From Nitrospinales bacterium (lineage in GTDB: Bacteria > Nitrospinota > Nitrospinia > Nitrospinales > JAJDAT01), in NCBI GenBank assembly GCA_046757665.1, contig JBHHYO010000065.1, forward strand, positions 1 to 14,998: DNA of 14,998 nt, given 5' to 3'. Below, piece by piece: positions 14,761 through 14,998 of the stretch. Under the pieces are notes generated by a model. It was not told the origin of the DNA and searched no databases. It saw only the letters and a list, made by a program, of their open reading frames with translations. Each line of letters opens with the position of its first letter. Positions within the stretch are counted from its first letter, which is position 1. The translations under genes were made by a program, and so were the position numbers.

Positions 14761-14997
14761 TTACTGTGTCCAAATTTCGGGCTTTTGCAGACATTCCGGA
14801 ATCTTTATGTCCGCTTGCCGGACGGCTGGATGCCGGTAAAATATCCGACGGAGGAGGCTTAGGGCGTTATATGCCTTTATAATAAGTTCTCTCTGCTCAT
14901 GAAAGAATTGTAGGTCAAATAGGTCCTGAATATATTTGTGGGAAGATTTGCTTCTTTTTCTACGAATTTCCCTGAATACAGAAAACAGCTCCTTTGG
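14761..14997 (-). CDS. 3' end of a minus-strand gene (partial), helical domain with HEPN-like RxxxxH motif
   Basis: Manually translated open frame of 78 aa running off the window: PKELFSVFREIRRKRSKSSHKYIQDLFDLQFFHEQRELIIKAYNALSLLRRIFYRHPAVRQADIKIPECLQKPEIWTQ*. Not in the ORF track because its start lies outside the window. AT-richer codon usage. Confidence 0.65.
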   Translation of the reverse strand, partial: PKELFSVFREIRRKRSKSSHKYIQDLFDLQFFHEQRELIIKAYNALSLLRRIFYRHPAVRQADIKIPECLQKPEIWTQ

Positions 14998-14998
14998 A

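Noticed and set aside
14767..14790. TGTCCAAATTTCGGG... as an IS3-like terminal repeat
   Set aside because: It lies inside the open minus-strand frame (KPEIWT), and no partner repeat or transposase is visible.

Overview
Bacterial chromosomal window, mostly GC-rich with AT-richer flanks. The gene mix loosely resembles Nitrospinota/deltaproteobacteria-like genomes, but that is inference only. Left to right: 3' end of an upstream gene; a decayed 84-nt copy of part of sufU fused to a REP/MITE-like palindrome; an SGNH-hydrolase-like gene; a sufU - AmmeMemoRadiSam radical SAM (amrS) - flavin reductase cluster; a minus-strand block (DUF58, BatA/vWA protein, an 832-aa transglutaminase-like/TPR/FGE-sulfatase fusion, a small membrane protein); a divergent secreted protein fusing a putative diheme c domain to an FGE-sulfatase domain that retains a Cys pair; a repeat-filled leader; the housekeeping run thpR-recA-recX-pilD plus a coiled-coil membrane protein; and the 3' end of a minus-strand gene, missing from the ORF track, with a HEPN-like RxxxxH motif. 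The best candidate for an undescribed system is the divergent FGE-fold / heme c / DUF58-vWA envelope locus. I saw no CRISPR array, tRNA/rRNA, transposase or reverse transcriptase. All family calls come from motif recognition, not database searches.
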